Position numbers and translations under genes: made by a program | The notes under the pieces: generated by a model | Database searches by the model: none | The model's input: only the letters and a program-made list of their open reading frames with translations | Told to the model about the DNA's origin: nothing | Assembly (NCBI RefSeq): GCF_001194135.2 | Contig: NC_068990.1 | Location: forward strand, 67,308,207-67,372,206 | DNA: 64,000 bases | Direction of reading: 5' to 3' | From: Octopus bimaculoides | Lineage: Eukaryota | Shown here: piece after piece, positions 62,352 to 64,000 of the stretch | How positions within the stretch are numbered: position 1 is the stretch's first letter | How the letters are laid out: each line of letters begins with the position of its first letter

Positions 62352-62684
62352 NNNNNNNNNNNNNNNNNNNNNNNNNNNNNNNNNNNNNNNNNNNNNNNNN
62401 NNNNNNNNNNNNNNNNNNNNNNNNNNNNNNNNNNNNNNNNNNNNNNNNNNNNNNNNNNNNNNNNNNNNNNNNNNNNNNNNNNNNNNNNNNNNNNNNNNNN
62501 NNNNNNNNNNNNNNNNNNNNNNNNNNNNNNNNNNNNNNNNNNNNNNNNNNNNNNNNNNNNNNNNNNNNNNNNNNNNNNNNNNNNNNNNNNNNNNNNNNNN
62601 NNNNNNNNNNNNNNNNNNNNNNNNNNNNNNNNNNNNNNNNNNNNNNNNNNNNNNNNNNNNNNNNNNNGATGATGATGATGATGA

Positions 62685-62721
<37 letters not shown>

Positions 62722-62724
<3 letters not shown>

Positions 62725-62915
62725 GAGAATATACGAAAAAACAACAGGCGAGGACAGGTGGTGTAAATAACAAAAGGATGTATTAGTATGACGCTCGAGA
62801 ATACGGAAAGTCTTTGACATTTCGAGCTACACTCTTCAACAGAAAAAATACGGAGACAAGCAGAAAAACACGGAGAAAAAAAATTGAATAGTGTCCAGTC
62901 AACGGTCAGTAAATT
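62722..62915 (-). mobile_element. Penelope-type terminal (pseudo-LTR) fragment carrying a minimal hammerhead motif at 62811-62847
   Basis: Minus strand TTTTT-CTGTTGA-A-GAG-TGTAG-CTC-GAAA-T-GTC-AAAGA, followed by a pyrimidine-rich tail ending TTCTCCC(AT)n. CpG-rich relative to surroundings, so fairly young. Confidence 0.7.
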
Positions 62916-63655
62916 TCTTTCAGTTTCAGTTTGTCAAATCCACTCACAAGGCCCAGAATTCATGATATAAAACCAGGTGACATACACATAAGTTGCATGG
63001 CATCGCCAGAATACATATATAAATTCTAGTAATTCAATTCCATCTTTAAGACGATAGAACCTTCTCACAAAATATTGCCTTCTCATGCACATAACCATCA
63101 CCATTGCTAGAACCAGTACATGTATTTAGTTCGAGGTTTCCTGTATAGGACACAGCTAAAATTAATTTCAATACTGTTGAAATATACATGGAAAAGTTCA
63201 GACATGATAACAAGGCCTAAATTCAGTTGAACTATAAAAAAATATGTATTCGTATATGTTTGTATGCATGCATGTATGTATGTATAGGTATGTATGTATT
63301 AATAAGTGAAAACTAATGTTAGATAAGAAAAATTAAGGAATAAATTGCTAAAAGAGTAAAAAGAGTTTCTTTTACAAAAGAAAATATACAACATTGTTTT
63401 GTTATTCAAGTTTCAGTTTACCATACACGCACATGCACACATATGCATATGCGTGTGTGTATATAAACATATACATATATTTGGATGTATATGTGTGTGT
63501 GTGTGTATGTGTATATATGTATATACAAACAAACATTTGGTCATAAACACAGATATGCATATACATGTGTATATATACATATATATATGTATATATACAT
63601 ACATGTATATGTATATATCACGCACACATACTTGTGTATATGTGTTTGCCACTAC

Positions 63656-63768
63656 TATATCAATATGTGATATAATGGTCATGTAAGATTTTTGCATCTA
63701 TTCATATATATATATATATGAATAGATGCAAAAATCTTACAGGAACCATTATATCACATATTGATATA
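63656..63768. repeat. 113-bp palindrome centred on an (AT)n tract
   Basis: TATATCAATATGTGATATAATGGTCATGTAAGATTTTTGCATCTATTC(AT)nGAATAGATGCAAAAATCTTACAGGAACCATTATATCACATATTGATATA; one substitution and one 1-nt indel. Confidence 0.97.
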
Positions 63769-63968
63769 TGAATATATGTATGTATATATATATATATATA
63801 TGTATATTTATATGTATGTATATATATTTATATGTATGTATATATATTTATATGTATGTATATATATATATGTACATATATATGTATATATATTAATATG
63901 TATGCATATATATCTATATATATATATATGTATGTGTATATATATTTCTATATATGTATGTATATTTA

Positions 63969-64000
<32 letters not shown>

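Overview
AT-rich, microsatellite-dense animal genomic DNA from a gapped draft assembly (11 N-runs). The SINE/LINE repertoire looks like a coleoid cephalopod, most likely Octopus (recognised from memory, not searched). No complete protein-coding gene, tRNA, rRNA or CRISPR array is supportable, and almost all ORFs in the supplied track are microsatellite, N-run or antisense-to-TE artefacts. The window is a transposon graveyard. It holds several tRNA-headed SINE families (my labels B, C, D, E), an RTE-like non-autonomous tail family (A), and decayed coding relics: R4/Dong-clade restriction-like-endonuclease retrotransposons in (TAA)n tracts, two RTE LINEs, a Penelope-like element (RT thumb, Cys linker, GIY-YIG), mariner (three), maT/DD37D (two) and hAT elements. 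Two non-routine themes stand out. (1) A striking density of fold-back inverted duplications, from 17-bp to about 230-bp arms. These include two mariners rebuilt from two inverted 5' ends (Mu-killer-like architecture), a 105-bp near-perfect palindrome that truncates an RTE, and a fold-back that encloses an inverted copy of a junction about 1.2 kb away. (2) Minimal hammerhead-ribozyme motifs in Penelope-type termini, one with a CUGUUGA core variant. A few short exon candidates with strong splice signals suggest the window may be intronic to an unidentified gene, but this is low confidence.
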